From an archaeon (GTDB lineage Archaea; Nanobdellota; Nanobdellia; Woesearchaeales; UBA9642): a DNA stretch of 64,000 nt. The notes below the pieces were generated by a model. The model did not search any database. It saw only the letters and a program-made list of their open reading frames with translations, and had not been told where the DNA came from. This document shows positions 1 through 9,950 of the stretch, piece after piece. Where the stretch lies: NCBI GenBank assembly GCA_020057295.1, contig JAGVGF010000002.1, positions 160,001-224,000 on the forward strand, read 5' to 3'. How positions within the stretch are numbered: the stretch's first letter is position 1; the number at the start of each line of letters is the position of its first letter. The translations under genes and the position numbers were made by a program.

Positions 1-498
1 AATGCTTCAGGTACTGTATTATTAGGAAATTCAAACAATCAAACATTATATGATTGGAGTCAGGCTTCACCATCTGGAGAGATTTATGCTACTAGATCCG
101 TGTCTACTCCAACATGGGCCAATATTAGGTGTGCAAATGTAACAAATGTCGATGATGAAGATACTGCCTTAGGTGTTAATCAATCTACAGATCAGGACTC
201 TGTGAATAAGACATTCCTAAATACCACTACATTCCCACAATTTTATGTTGGTTCAATTAATATTAATACAACACAATCATGTTATGCTACCGCATTACGT
301 AATACAACAGGCATATCACAAAGCTTTAAGGAAGTACTTTTGCATGATAATGCCATGATGATATACACTGCATTGTTGACACAGGACTCTTTAGGTTTTG
401 ACGGTGCTACTCACGATTTCGAGATGTTAGTAGGAGAAAATGGTCATTTAGGTGACACAAATCCTACACCTTATTACTTTTATTTGGAGCTACAATAA
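1..498 (+). CDS. Secreted surface protein, family A (C-terminal YYFYxEL), 5'-truncated by window edge
   Basis: Frame is open from base 1 (NASGTVLLGNSNNQTLYDWSQASPSGEIYATRS) and aligns with the downstream paralogue (NVTGSLSLDNANSKSIYDW...GEVYVSR); shared F.E.LL.D, GFDG/GYDG and YYFY[LV]EL end. Confidence 0.85.
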   Translation, partial: NASGTVLLGNSNNQTLYDWSQASPSGEIYATRSVSTPTWANIRCANVTNVDDEDTALGVNQSTDQDSVNKTFLNTTTFPQFYVGSININTTQSCYATALRNTTGISQSFKEVLLHDNAMMIYTALLTQDSLGFDGATHDFEMLVGENGHLGDTNPTPYYFYLELQ

Positions 499-1253
499 TG
501 ATATACATAAAAGAAAAATGGATGGAGAATTTTATTAAAATATTGTTTATTATACTAATAGTTGCGTCTATAGTTAGTATATTTGGACAAGTTATCGCAT
601 TACCAAGTGGTCCAACATTAAATTATTTATCTAATACCAGTGCTCCAACAATATCTACAAATAGATCTCAAGATATTAAAGGTACAATTACAACTATTAC
701 TTTAAATCTTGCTCAACAAGATTATAAGTGGAAGGCTTACGTTGGTAATGTTACTGGTAGTTTAAGTTTAGATAATGCTAACAGCAAATCTATCTACGAT
801 TGGGCATTAACAAGTATAACTGGAGAAGTATATGTATCCAGGGCTTCAACAGTTAATTGGAATAATATATCTTGTGTAAATCAGACTGTGATAAATTCCG
901 AGCAAACAGCATTAGGAATTGCATCAAACATCCCAGACAGTATCAATGCTACTTTTAATAATTCAAAACACAAAAATTTTGTCGTGGCTACAGCCAACAT
1001 TACTAATAGTACATGCAGAGCAATAGCTACTTATCTTAATGATACTGCACAAACAGTCAATGAGACAGCATTATTCCAGGAAATTTTATTGAAAGATGAT
1101 ATAACTAATAGCATGGTTTATACTTCCATAATTGAACCAACTAAACCATTAGGATATGATGGTCTAAATAATTATAATTTTCAGTTATTAGTTGCGGAAA
1201 ATGAATCTGCAACAATACCTACAACATATTACTTTTATGTAGAGTTAGGATAA
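498..1253 (+). CDS. Secreted surface protein, family A (C-terminal YYFYVELG)
   Basis: N-terminal hydrophobic signal, Asn/Thr-rich, paralogue of the upstream ORF; TAATG stop/start overlap. Confidence 0.85.
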   Translation: MIYIKEKWMENFIKILFIILIVASIVSIFGQVIALPSGPTLNYLSNTSAPTISTNRSQDIKGTITTITLNLAQQDYKWKAYVGNVTGSLSLDNANSKSIYDWALTSITGEVYVSRASTVNWNNISCVNQTVINSEQTALGIASNIPDSINATFNNSKHKNFVVATANITNSTCRAIATYLNDTAQTVNETALFQEILLKDDITNSMVYTSIIEPTKPLGYDGLNNYNFQLLVAENESATIPTTYYFYVELG

Positions 1254-1254
1254 A

Positions 1255-2184
1255 ATGAAAAAATCGACTAATATACCAATAATCGTAGCATTGTTAATAG
1301 TAGTTGCTATATTATTTTTTGTAGTTCCTACTTCATTTGCTGCAAATATTGTTGGTACAAATTATAAAAATGTAACTGTACGTACTTCTGTAAATATTAC
1401 TAACTCTAATCCTGAAGTCTTAGCATTAGTGGCTTATGATACATCTAATGTTTCATTGAATAATATTACAGTAAATGCTGGCGCGTTGAAATCTATTAGT
1501 TGTAATGCTAGTGTTAGAGATTGGAATGGTTATAATGATATAACTTTAGTATCTGCAACTCTATATCACATTACCAATAATTCAATTGGTCCTAATAGCA
1601 ACAACACTCATTATACTAATTCATCTTGTACATTAAATGCAAGTACAGGAACATATACTGGATGGTATACTTGCACTTTTGATTTATTATACTATGCTAA
1701 CAATGGTACATGGACATGTAATGTTACTGCTAGAGATACTTATAGTAAAAATGGATCATTAACAAATACTACTTATTTGTATCCTGTTTATGCATTAAAT
1801 ATTACTGATGGCATAGATTACGGTCCTGTTGCTGTAGAAACATTTTCAAGTGATATTGGAGCAAACATTACTAACTTTGGTAATATGAATATTAATATCA
1901 CTGTAGAAGGTTATGGTGTTACTCGTGGTGATGGTTTGGCAATGAATTGTACTATTAATGGTAATATCACTGTCGGTAATGAGAAATTTGCTACAAGTGC
2001 AGGAGTAGCTTATGCTTCAAAAAATAATTTAACAAGTTCAGCAGCTCTTATTCCAGGATTGATGATGCCTAAGCAATCTAACGATACGCAAGTGATTAAT
2101 GCTACATACTGGCAATTATATATCCCTCCAAATCCTGCTGGTAACTGTACAGGATTTGTAATATTCAGTGCGGAAGCACCATAA
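1255..2184 (+). CDS. Secreted glycoprotein, family B (putative fibre/pilin subunit; C-terminal WQLYIPP..G.C.G..IFSAEAP)
   Basis: Signal peptide ending SFA, 6 conserved Cys, 22 N-x-S/T sequons counted; paralogues at 12046, 13095 and 15943. Confidence 0.85.
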   Translation: MKKSTNIPIIVALLIVVAILFFVVPTSFAANIVGTNYKNVTVRTSVNITNSNPEVLALVAYDTSNVSLNNITVNAGALKSISCNASVRDWNGYNDITLVSATLYHITNNSIGPNSNNTHYTNSSCTLNASTGTYTGWYTCTFDLLYYANNGTWTCNVTARDTYSKNGSLTNTTYLYPVYALNITDGIDYGPVAVETFSSDIGANITNFGNMNINITVEGYGVTRGDGLAMNCTINGNITVGNEKFATSAGVAYASKNNLTSSAALIPGLMMPKQSNDTQVINATYWQLYIPPNPAGNCTGFVIFSAEAP

Positions 2185-2325
2185 GTTGTAAAACTATATA
2201 CTTTTTTTTCTTATAATTCTATTTATTTTTAATCATATAATACTTTTTGTTTTTAGTGTTTATAGGTTCTATTTCTCATTTATTCTTATTTTTTTTAATT
2301 GTATCTATTAATAGAATTTAAGCAT

Positions 2326-2360
2326 AAAGTAAGTAAAAAAGTAAGTAATTTTATAAGTAA
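2326..2360 (+). promoter_or_regulatory. Direct repeats AAAGTAAGTAA upstream of the AbrB-like gene (candidate operator)
   Basis: AAAGTAAGTAA at 2326-2336 and 2338-2348, plus AAGTAA at 2355-2360, ahead of a TTTAAAAA TATA-like box. Confidence 0.35.
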
Positions 2361-2398
2361 ATAGTTAAATTTAAAAACACGTTAAACTAAGAAATAAG

Positions 2399-2584
2399 AT
2401 GGTCGTACAGTTTAAACGTAAACTTTATCCAAGAGGCGGGAGTTATGAAACAACTATTCCTATACAACTATTATTCTCTTTAGACTTATCAAAAAAACAC
2501 GACGCAATATTCGAATATGATCCTAAATCTAGTAGGTGGTACATCGTATTTAAAGAATCAAAAAAATTCAAAGATAAAAGATAA
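2399..2584 (+). CDS. AbrB/MazE/SpoVT-like DNA-binding protein
   Basis: RKL..RGGSY.TTIP..L...L.L pattern of swapped-hairpin regulators; 61 aa. Confidence 0.65.
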   Translation: MVVQFKRKLYPRGGSYETTIPIQLLFSLDLSKKHDAIFEYDPKSSRWYIVFKESKKFKDKR

Positions 2585-2615
2585 TACTAAAAATTTAATT
2601 AATTAAAAAGATAAA

Positions 2616-3290
2616 ATGAAATATTATCAAAACAAAGTGTTATTAGTATCCGTAATTTTAATAGTTTTAGCGCTATTCATATATTTTGAACGAAACAATT
2701 ATATGAGTGGATTAACAGGCAGTGCAATAACCAATACACAAGTTACAATAATACCAGCTTTGCCAGCTAACTGTTCCTTACATTTAAATCCTGGATGGAA
2801 TTTAGTTTCATTTTATTGCTTAGGTTTATTTACTGATAGGAGTGCTGTTTTAAGTTCTATTGATGGACAGTATACAAAAATATTTTCGTATAATCCCTAT
2901 GATACTAGTGATCCATGGAAAAGTTATAATCCTAATCTTCCTGCAGGTATAGTACAGCAATTGAATAATATGGATAGAATGTCTGGATATTGGATATATA
3001 TCCCTACAGGTGCAGACTTAACTTATGAAGGAGTTAATAAAACTTCATCAACCATAACTATGAAGACCGGATGGAATCTTATAGGATATCCGAGTATTAC
3101 TACTAGAAATATAAATAACACTTTAAACAATATATCTTTTACAATTATACAACGTTATAATACTACTTCAGACACGTGGTTAGTATATATTAATGGTTCA
3201 TCAAATAATACATTAAACACCTTAGATACTTACGTAGGGTATTGGATTAATGTAACTAGTGATCAAAGTTTAATAATTTATAATCCATAA
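2616..3290 (+). CDS. Membrane-anchored surface protein with two GWNL[VI] repeats
   Basis: N-terminal TM; two internal repeats (L.PGWNLVS...GYWI and MKTGWNLIG...GYWI). Confidence 0.8.
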   Translation: MKYYQNKVLLVSVILIVLALFIYFERNNYMSGLTGSAITNTQVTIIPALPANCSLHLNPGWNLVSFYCLGLFTDRSAVLSSIDGQYTKIFSYNPYDTSDPWKSYNPNLPAGIVQQLNNMDRMSGYWIYIPTGADLTYEGVNKTSSTITMKTGWNLIGYPSITTRNINNTLNNISFTIIQRYNTTSDTWLVYINGSSNNTLNTLDTYVGYWINVTSDQSLIIYNP

Positions 3291-3291
3291 A

Positions 3292-4926
3292 ATGTTTAAC
3301 AAAAATTTTGTCATCGGAATATTCTTTTTAATGTTTATGTTAGTTAGTACTGTATATGCTTATCCTTCTCTACCAACAGAGTTTTATGGTCAAATATATG
3401 ATCATAATCTAAATGCTAGTGGTGGCACAGTCACAACGTATATTAACAACACACTTTGTGGAAGTTTTACAATAATAAATTCCGGTTTTTACGGAGTATT
3501 ATCTTGTTTGGCCAAGGATACTGATAATTATAATAGTAGTGGAGGAGTAGATGGTGATAATGTAACTTTTGAGTATAAAGGAGCTCCAGTAACTATCATT
3601 GGTAATAATTCATTTGCATCTGGAGAATTTAAAAGTGTGATAATAAGATATCCTGAAGTGGTTTGTCAAGATACATTTTGTGACGCATTAGAAAATTGTT
3701 CATCATGTCCATTAGATTGTGGACAATGCGCTGGAGGCGGTTCTGGAAGTGGTGGTGGCGGTGGTTCAGGAGGAGCTGGTGGCGGTGGTGGCTCTGGAAG
3801 TTCTGGTGGTGGCGGTGGTAGTGCTGGTGGAGGCGGAGTTGTTAATGGAGGATGTACAGAAAATTGGGCTTGTAAAGATTGGAGCAACTGTTCCATTCTT
3901 GGCATACATAGTAGAAATTGTACTGATGTAGCAAGTTGTGGATCATACACTAATAAACCTAAAGAAGTTGAAGAGTGTTTGTATGAAGGTAATTGTTTTG
4001 ATAATTTAATAAATTGTCACGAAGGTGTATGTGAAGAAGGTGTTGATTGTAACGGTCCTTGTGAGAAGAAATGTGCAGAACAGCAACAACCATTAGGTAA
4101 CATTACTATAAATCTTCCAAAGATAGAATTTCCAAAAAAAGTTTGTGAGAAACATGTAGATTATAGGGATCCAGCATTATTAATATTTATCTTTATAATA
4201 TTGATTGCGATTATTATAAGATATGTTTATACTAATCATATAATTACTAAATGGCGTAAAGATGAAAAAATTACTCCTTTGCAGCGTGCTAGAAAAATTA
4301 AATCTGCTAAGAGAAAGAACTTATTATTTGTAATAACGCTATTTTTCTTAACTATAGTATCATTTCTATACAGTTATTTCTTTTTATTGTGTCCTACAGA
4401 TTTTATTAAGTATTCTTGGTTATTAATAATATTGTTAATACTTATACCTTTAGTGGTGAATACTGTTATGAAGAAGTTTGAATATAGTGCTGTAGAACAT
4501 TTAGATAAAACTAAACGTTTGGATGATATACATTATCAGAGTATATTAAACATGATTGAGTTAGAAAATAATATTTTAGCAGATGAAGAAAATGTTATTG
4601 CAAACAAATTATATGAATTATCAAAAAAGAAAGAGTTTAGAGAAATAATCGAGAGTAATCATACTTTAAAGGAAGTATATAAGAATCTAATAAAATTATA
4701 TACAGATTATAAAGATAAGAAAAACCCTTTTAATATAGAAAAAGACTTTTGTGATGAAATTAATACTTTAGACTTAGATGAACAATTTAAAAAAGATATT
4801 AGTACTCATCCAGAATTAAAACACTTATTTGATAGATTAAAGAAATTGTATGCGCAGTATGAAGAGAAACAAAAATTATACGATAAACTTGATCAAATAG
4901 AACAAGGAAATAAAAATGAAAAATAA
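3292..4926 (+). CDS. Surface protein: signal, Ig-like domain, Cys-rich module, Gly/Ser linker, TSP1-like module, 3 TM, cytoplasmic helical tail
   Basis: P.EFYG motif, CQDTFC..E.C..CP.DC, poly-Gly, CTENWAC.DWSNC..G...R.C, hydrophobic segments. Confidence 0.8.
   Translation: MFNKNFVIGIFFLMFMLVSTVYAYPSLPTEFYGQIYDHNLNASGGTVTTYINNTLCGSFTIINSGFYGVLSCLAKDTDNYNSSGGVDGDNVTFEYKGAPVTIIGNNSFASGEFKSVIIRYPEVVCQDTFCDALENCSSCPLDCGQCAGGGSGSGGGGGSGGAGGGGGSGSSGGGGGSAGGGGVVNGGCTENWACKDWSNCSILGIHSRNCTDVASCGSYTNKPKEVEECLYEGNCFDNLINCHEGVCEEGVDCNGPCEKKCAEQQQPLGNITINLPKIEFPKKVCEKHVDYRDPALLIFIFIILIAIIIRYVYTNHIITKWRKDEKITPLQRARKIKSAKRKNLLFVITLFFLTIVSFLYSYFFLLCPTDFIKYSWLLIILLILIPLVVNTVMKKFEYSAVEHLDKTKRLDDIHYQSILNMIELENNILADEENVIANKLYELSKKKEFREIIESNHTLKEVYKNLIKLYTDYKDKKNPFNIEKDFCDEINTLDLDEQFKKDISTHPELKHLFDRLKKLYAQYEEKQKLYDKLDQIEQGNKNEK
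3733..3837 (+). repeat. Low-complexity GGN codon tract encoding the Gly/Ser linker
   Basis: ggt/ggc/gga runs within the 3292-4926 CDS. Confidence 0.8.
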
Positions 4927-4946
4927 TTTAATATTATTATATCTAT

Positions 4947-6395
4947 TTATTTGATCATTTCTATCTTCATTAAATTAATGTTTCCAGCAACATTGAATGG
5001 TATTCCTGCCGTTATTATAACGAAATCTAACGATTCTACCAATCTCTTATTTTTTACTATTTCTAATGATTTTTCTATCAATTCATCCGTATTTTCCGGG
5101 TAAGATATCAGTATAGGTGTGACCCCCCAAACTAATACTAATTTTCTAAATTCTTTTTCATTAGGTGTTATAGCAATTATTGGTGTTAATGGTCTATGTC
5201 GAGATATCTGTTTTGCAGTATGTCCTGTTGATGTGCATGTTATTATTGCCGCAGCCTCTAAATCTCTTGCTGTGTGGCATACTGCCTTGCTTATGGTGTC
5301 AGTAATTGTAGGCTTATAATCTCTATCATCATCCCTTAGAACTTTTAATGATCTTAATGTATGTTCTGTTTTTCTAGCTATTTTATCCATAATATCTATT
5401 ACTCTTAATGGATGTTTTCCTGATGCTGTCTCTCCGGATAACATTATTGCATCACTGCCATCGAGTATTGCATTTGCAACATCTGTTGCTTCAGCTCTTG
5501 TTGGTCGAGGATTTTTTATCATTGATTCAAGCATTTGCGTTGCTGTAATCACCGGTTTGCCTTTTATGTTACATTTTTTGATTATGCTTTTCTGCACACT
5601 TGGAATATTTTCTATTGGTATTTGTACACCTAAATCTCCGCGTGCAACCATTATTCCATCACTTACATCTATTATTTGATCAATTAATTCTAATGCTTGG
5701 AATGATTCTATTTTAGCAATTACATGTATATGCTCTGCATCGTTATTTGCTAATATTTTTTTAACTTCTATAACATCTTCTGGAGTTTTCACAAATGATT
5801 GTGCTATGAAGTCTATTCCATTTTTTATTCCAAATTCTATATCACTAATATCTTGTTCTGATACTCCTGGTAAATCTACTATAGAACCCGGTATATTAAC
5901 ATTTTTTCTAGTTCCTACTTCTCCACCTATTGATACTATACATTGTGCTTCTGTGCCTTTTATTTCTTCGACCCTTAATTCTACTGTTCCATCAGCGATA
6001 TATATTAATGATCCTTTGCTCACTATTTTTGGTAAATTTTGATATGATACCTGTATGGTTTTTTCATCGCACCATTCAATTTCTCTGGTTGTGACTGTCA
6101 ATAATTCATTATCTTTTAGTATTACCGGCTCTTTGAATTTTCCTACTCTTATCTCCGGGCCTTTTGTGTCTAACATTATTCCTATAGGTATTTCTAGATT
6201 TTCATTTATTTCCTTAATCATATTTATTACTTTTAGATGATCTTCATGCGTACCGTGAGAAAAATTTAATCTTGCTATATTCATACCTTTTTCATACAAT
6301 TTTTCAATCATTTCTTTATTATTAGAGCTAGGTCCTATCGTGCATACAATTTTTGTTTTTCTGTTCTGAAAGTATTTATCCATATTTTCCCTCAT
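4947..6395 (-). CDS. pyk: Pyruvate kinase (start may be the Met at 6383)
   Basis: RKTKIVCTIGP, ARLNFSHG, MLDTKGPEIR, IAKIE, MVARGDLGV, ATQMLESM..NPRPTRAE, DAIMLSGETA. Confidence 0.98.
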   Translation of the reverse strand: MRENMDKYFQNRKTKIVCTIGPSSNNKEMIEKLYEKGMNIARLNFSHGTHEDHLKVINMIKEINENLEIPIGIMLDTKGPEIRVGKFKEPVILKDNELLTVTTREIEWCDEKTIQVSYQNLPKIVSKGSLIYIADGTVELRVEEIKGTEAQCIVSIGGEVGTRKNVNIPGSIVDLPGVSEQDISDIEFGIKNGIDFIAQSFVKTPEDVIEVKKILANNDAEHIHVIAKIESFQALELIDQIIDVSDGIMVARGDLGVQIPIENIPSVQKSIIKKCNIKGKPVITATQMLESMIKNPRPTRAEATDVANAILDGSDAIMLSGETASGKHPLRVIDIMDKIARKTEHTLRSLKVLRDDDRDYKPTITDTISKAVCHTARDLEAAAIITCTSTGHTAKQISRHRPLTPIIAITPNEKEFRKLVLVWGVTPILISYPENTDELIEKSLEIVKNKRLVESLDFVIITAGIPFNVAGNINLMKIEMIK

Positions 6396-6583
6396 CTTCT
6401 TTAATTCTTGTACTTTTGTTTCTCTGTTCTTATGTTTCTATTATCCTTATCTCTGTTTAAATATTTTCCTATTGTTTAGTGGTTTAATTTGCTAATCCGA
6501 AAAATATTTAAGCTTTTGAGCACGGAAAATGATAAATATCATAAAAATCAAATAACATATATACATCAGTAAACTAACTATTC

Positions 6584-6597
6584 TAACATATATGTTA
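6584..6597. promoter_or_regulatory. Perfect palindrome TAACATATATGTTA, candidate RHH operator
   Basis: 14-bp palindrome; related TAACATATAT at 6553-6562 and TAACATATTGTTA at 6698-6710. Confidence 0.45.
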
Positions 6598-6686
6598 TAA
6601 AACAGTAAAGTATTTAAATCATTAGTATCATAAATGTCAATTAGTATAGGATTTCGGATAGTGGTTTATTTCAGTGAGGAATTTTA

Positions 6687-6845
6687 ATGAAGAGAGTTAA
6701 CATATTGTTAGAAGATGAAACACACACCAAAGCCAAGGTGATTGCTGTTCTAAAAGACATGACTCTCAACGAGTACTTCGAGAAAGCTATTCGCGAAGCG
6801 GTTGAAAAAGATCAGGCAATTCTCAACAAGATAAAAACGAAATAA
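6687..6845 (+). CDS. Ribbon-helix-helix DNA-binding microprotein, 52 aa (not in ORF track)
   Basis: MKRVNILLEDETHTKAKVIAVLKDMTLNEYFEKAIREAVEKDQAILNKIKTK; GTGAGG SD; alternating strand then helix-turn-helix pattern of RHH. Confidence 0.8.
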   Translation: MKRVNILLEDETHTKAKVIAVLKDMTLNEYFEKAIREAVEKDQAILNKIKTK

Positions 6846-6913
6846 AAAATATCATAGTTTAAACTATAGAGGGTTGCAAAAAGTCAGTCAAAAGAACGGC
6901 ATACTTAGTTAAA

Positions 6914-9904
6914 ATGTTCACTAACAAAATATTTAAGGATATTGTATTGGAAAAGGTTGTATTACTAATAGTTCTAGTTATGTCGCTATTTTTAGTATCA
7001 TTATCATTTGTATTAGGTCAAGTAGCAATTCAAACAGTAGATATTCCTCCTTCGATTGATGAAAATACTATGTTGAATATTTATTTTGATGCAACAACAG
7101 ATTTAAGTACAACTATCAATTATTCAATATATGAAAATGGTATTTTAGTTTCTAACAATAACAGCTTCAGTAATTTTTTCAATTACACATCGGCTGGTTC
7201 ATATTTGTTTACACTATATGCCTCTGATGGTGTTACACTATATTCAGAGAATAACACAGTTGAAGTATTAAATATTCCTTTAACTATAGTGCTTAATAAT
7301 CCTAATAATGGTGTAGTTAATTCTAAGAATATTTTAATAAATTCTACGTTATCCACTTATGCTGATGCATGTACTTACTCGATAAACAATTCTATAACTG
7401 GAACGTTAACTAATTATAACAACAATTTATTTTACAAATATATTACTCTTAACTCTGACGGGGCATATTCTTTAATTGTTAATTGCTCAAACATTTATGA
7501 TACTATAAGTACTTCGACATCTTTTACTGTTGATACTACTAACATTGCTGTTCTATCAAAATCGTATACTATAGGCAATAATAACGTTGTTACATTTAAT
7601 CTTACTACAAATATGCCGGGTATATGTAAATACGATTCCTCAGACAAGAGTTATGATTCTATGTCTTTAACTTTTACTAGTACTAACGATGTAAAACATT
7701 CAACAGCTATTAATGGTCTATCTGATGGATCCTACATGTATTATATTAAATGTAGAAATGTTTATGATAATATTACTTTAACAAATACTGAAGGAATTTC
7801 TTTTGTAGTAGCTAATAAACCTGTGGCTAGTATTTCTTTAAGTAAGAGTCCACCATTAAAAGCCGGAACTTATGAGGTCAGACTAACAACAAGTAAATCT
7901 GTACCTATTGCTCCAAGTTTGTATTATAATTTTAATACTGACGCTTCAGCAAGATATGTGACATTAACTGGTTCTAATACTGAATGGAAAGGGTATATTA
8001 TAATTTCTGAAAGTACTAGTGGCATGATTGGTACATTTCACTACAGTTCTAATGATGGTTTTGGAAATATTGGGAACACTATTAGTAATGGAGAAATATT
8101 CTTGATTGATACAATCAAACCTATTAGTTCTAGTAGTTTACAGTCTGTAGTTCAAGATGATGGAACTATACGTTTAAAATGGTATTATGATGGTGAAGAA
8201 GTTAGTAGATATAATATTTATAGATCAACCAATAACAATGTTGATTATGTTGATTATTATGACAGTGTAAATTCGCAGCAATATGTTGATCGTGATGTCA
8301 TCAATGGAATAACATACTATTATAGAATTGCAGCTGTTGATAAAGCTGGTAACGATGGTATATTATCAGAGATAGTTTCTGAAACATCTACTAAAAATTA
8401 TGTTGTTAATACTGCAGATAATACTATAACTGTACAGAAAAGTTTAGATGGTGCATTAGTTCCTAAGATTGATCAATTAGTATCTGAATTAGAAAAATAT
8501 GTTGTAGATATCGATACACAGAAATCTTTGTTAGAAGAAACAAACGATCCTAATAAATTAAAGATTATTACTTTATTAAAACTTAACGATAAAGCAAAAA
8601 CTGCTAAAGTAACTCTTAATGCTATAATTACTCAAGTTAAAGATATTAAGAATCAGGATATTAAATCTTCAGAATTAGATGTGAGATTGAATAAGTTGAG
8701 AATGGATGCAATTAAAGCTAAATCTATGGTTGCTGAGGATATTGTTGTTAGTGAACAGTCTAATTATGATCAAGTGACTCAAGAATCTGACGTTGACGAT
8801 GCTATTAGTCAAATTGTTAATCTTAATCTTTCTAAGACTGTTTTAGAAAATTATTCTATAAGTAACAAAAAATTACAAGATTTTATTACCATAAATACTG
8901 ACATAATGATTTTCAAAATACAATATATGGGTAAGGATGATTATGATAAATATACGCTTGTGAAAAAAATCGTCAGTAGTTCTCAAGATTTAAAGGATAT
9001 AGTAATTATTGAAAATATACCTAAAAATTTTGAGACAAAAGCATCTAATATTATTTTTGATATTGATAGTCAACAAAAGCCATCAATTGTTAAGGAAGAT
9101 CCAGTATTGCAATGGAGTGTTGATGCATTTAATAAGCAGACTATATATTATATGATTAATAATCATGTTGATATTTCCTACGCTAAAAATACTAGAACTA
9201 TAGTTTTATATAAACCAACTTTTAAATTTACGCAAACGCTAAACACTGATTCTGGTAACACATTCAATGCTTTAACAGGATTTATAGAATTGGATGTTGG
9301 TGATGTCGGAAAAATATCTATGATGCAATGGTTGGTTCTTATTGGTGTAGCATTAATCATAGGATTGTCTACTTATTATGTTGCTTTAGATCGTAAGGAG
9401 AAGAAACGCAATGTTCAACGTGTTAAAGATCATAAAATAATACTTCCGAATAAGGTGTCGCAGAATAAAATTGTCGCAGTTACAAAACCTGTGGCCTTAA
9501 CTCAAGTAAATACTATAAAGTTTAATCTTAACAAGAAACTTGTAGATGCTAATACTTTAATAAATAATTTTGATTATGAAAATTCTAGAATTGTATATAA
9601 TCAATGTATGCAAGCATATAATCAAACGGTTTTTAAGGATTCTACAGAGCGTTCCGATGTCAAAAATATGTTGAACCATCTGTATATAAAATTAACCGCA
9701 TATAGACTTATTTATGAATCTAGAAAAAATGTACATTCTAGAAATTATGTTAAATTACGTCAGGATTTGAAAAACATTAACGAACTATATACTAAATTAT
9801 ATCGTTCATTAGAACATGTTGATGAAGATAATAAGGTTTCTGAACGAAAGTTTGTAGATTATGTTGCTAATTCACGAAGATATCTAGAAGGAGTGGCTTC
9901 ATAA
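6914..9904 (+). CDS. Large surface protein: Ig-like repeats, FN3-like domain, coiled coil, TM, cytoplasmic helical tail
   Basis: Signal peptide; LKW..., YNIYRST, YYYRIAAVDKAGN FN3 motifs; TM near aa 805-825. Confidence 0.8.
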   Translation: MFTNKIFKDIVLEKVVLLIVLVMSLFLVSLSFVLGQVAIQTVDIPPSIDENTMLNIYFDATTDLSTTINYSIYENGILVSNNNSFSNFFNYTSAGSYLFTLYASDGVTLYSENNTVEVLNIPLTIVLNNPNNGVVNSKNILINSTLSTYADACTYSINNSITGTLTNYNNNLFYKYITLNSDGAYSLIVNCSNIYDTISTSTSFTVDTTNIAVLSKSYTIGNNNVVTFNLTTNMPGICKYDSSDKSYDSMSLTFTSTNDVKHSTAINGLSDGSYMYYIKCRNVYDNITLTNTEGISFVVANKPVASISLSKSPPLKAGTYEVRLTTSKSVPIAPSLYYNFNTDASARYVTLTGSNTEWKGYIIISESTSGMIGTFHYSSNDGFGNIGNTISNGEIFLIDTIKPISSSSLQSVVQDDGTIRLKWYYDGEEVSRYNIYRSTNNNVDYVDYYDSVNSQQYVDRDVINGITYYYRIAAVDKAGNDGILSEIVSETSTKNYVVNTADNTITVQKSLDGALVPKIDQLVSELEKYVVDIDTQKSLLEETNDPNKLKIITLLKLNDKAKTAKVTLNAIITQVKDIKNQDIKSSELDVRLNKLRMDAIKAKSMVAEDIVVSEQSNYDQVTQESDVDDAISQIVNLNLSKTVLENYSISNKKLQDFITINTDIMIFKIQYMGKDDYDKYTLVKKIVSSSQDLKDIVIIENIPKNFETKASNIIFDIDSQQKPSIVKEDPVLQWSVDAFNKQTIYYMINNHVDISYAKNTRTIVLYKPTFKFTQTLNTDSGNTFNALTGFIELDVGDVGKISMMQWLVLIGVALIIGLSTYYVALDRKEKKRNVQRVKDHKIILPNKVSQNKIVAVTKPVALTQVNTIKFNLNKKLVDANTLINNFDYENSRIVYNQCMQAYNQTVFKDSTERSDVKNMLNHLYIKLTAYRLIYESRKNVHSRNYVKLRQDLKNINELYTKLYRSLEHVDEDNKVSERKFVDYVANSRRYLEGVAS

Positions 9905-9950
9905 AATTATTGTGCAAATTTATAGATAAATAAAAATTATTAGAAATCTC

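Noticed and set aside
3666-3950. Pro-rich antisense ORF and the alternative-frame ORF 3719-3931
   Set aside because: Shadows of the poly-Gly codon tract in 3292-4926
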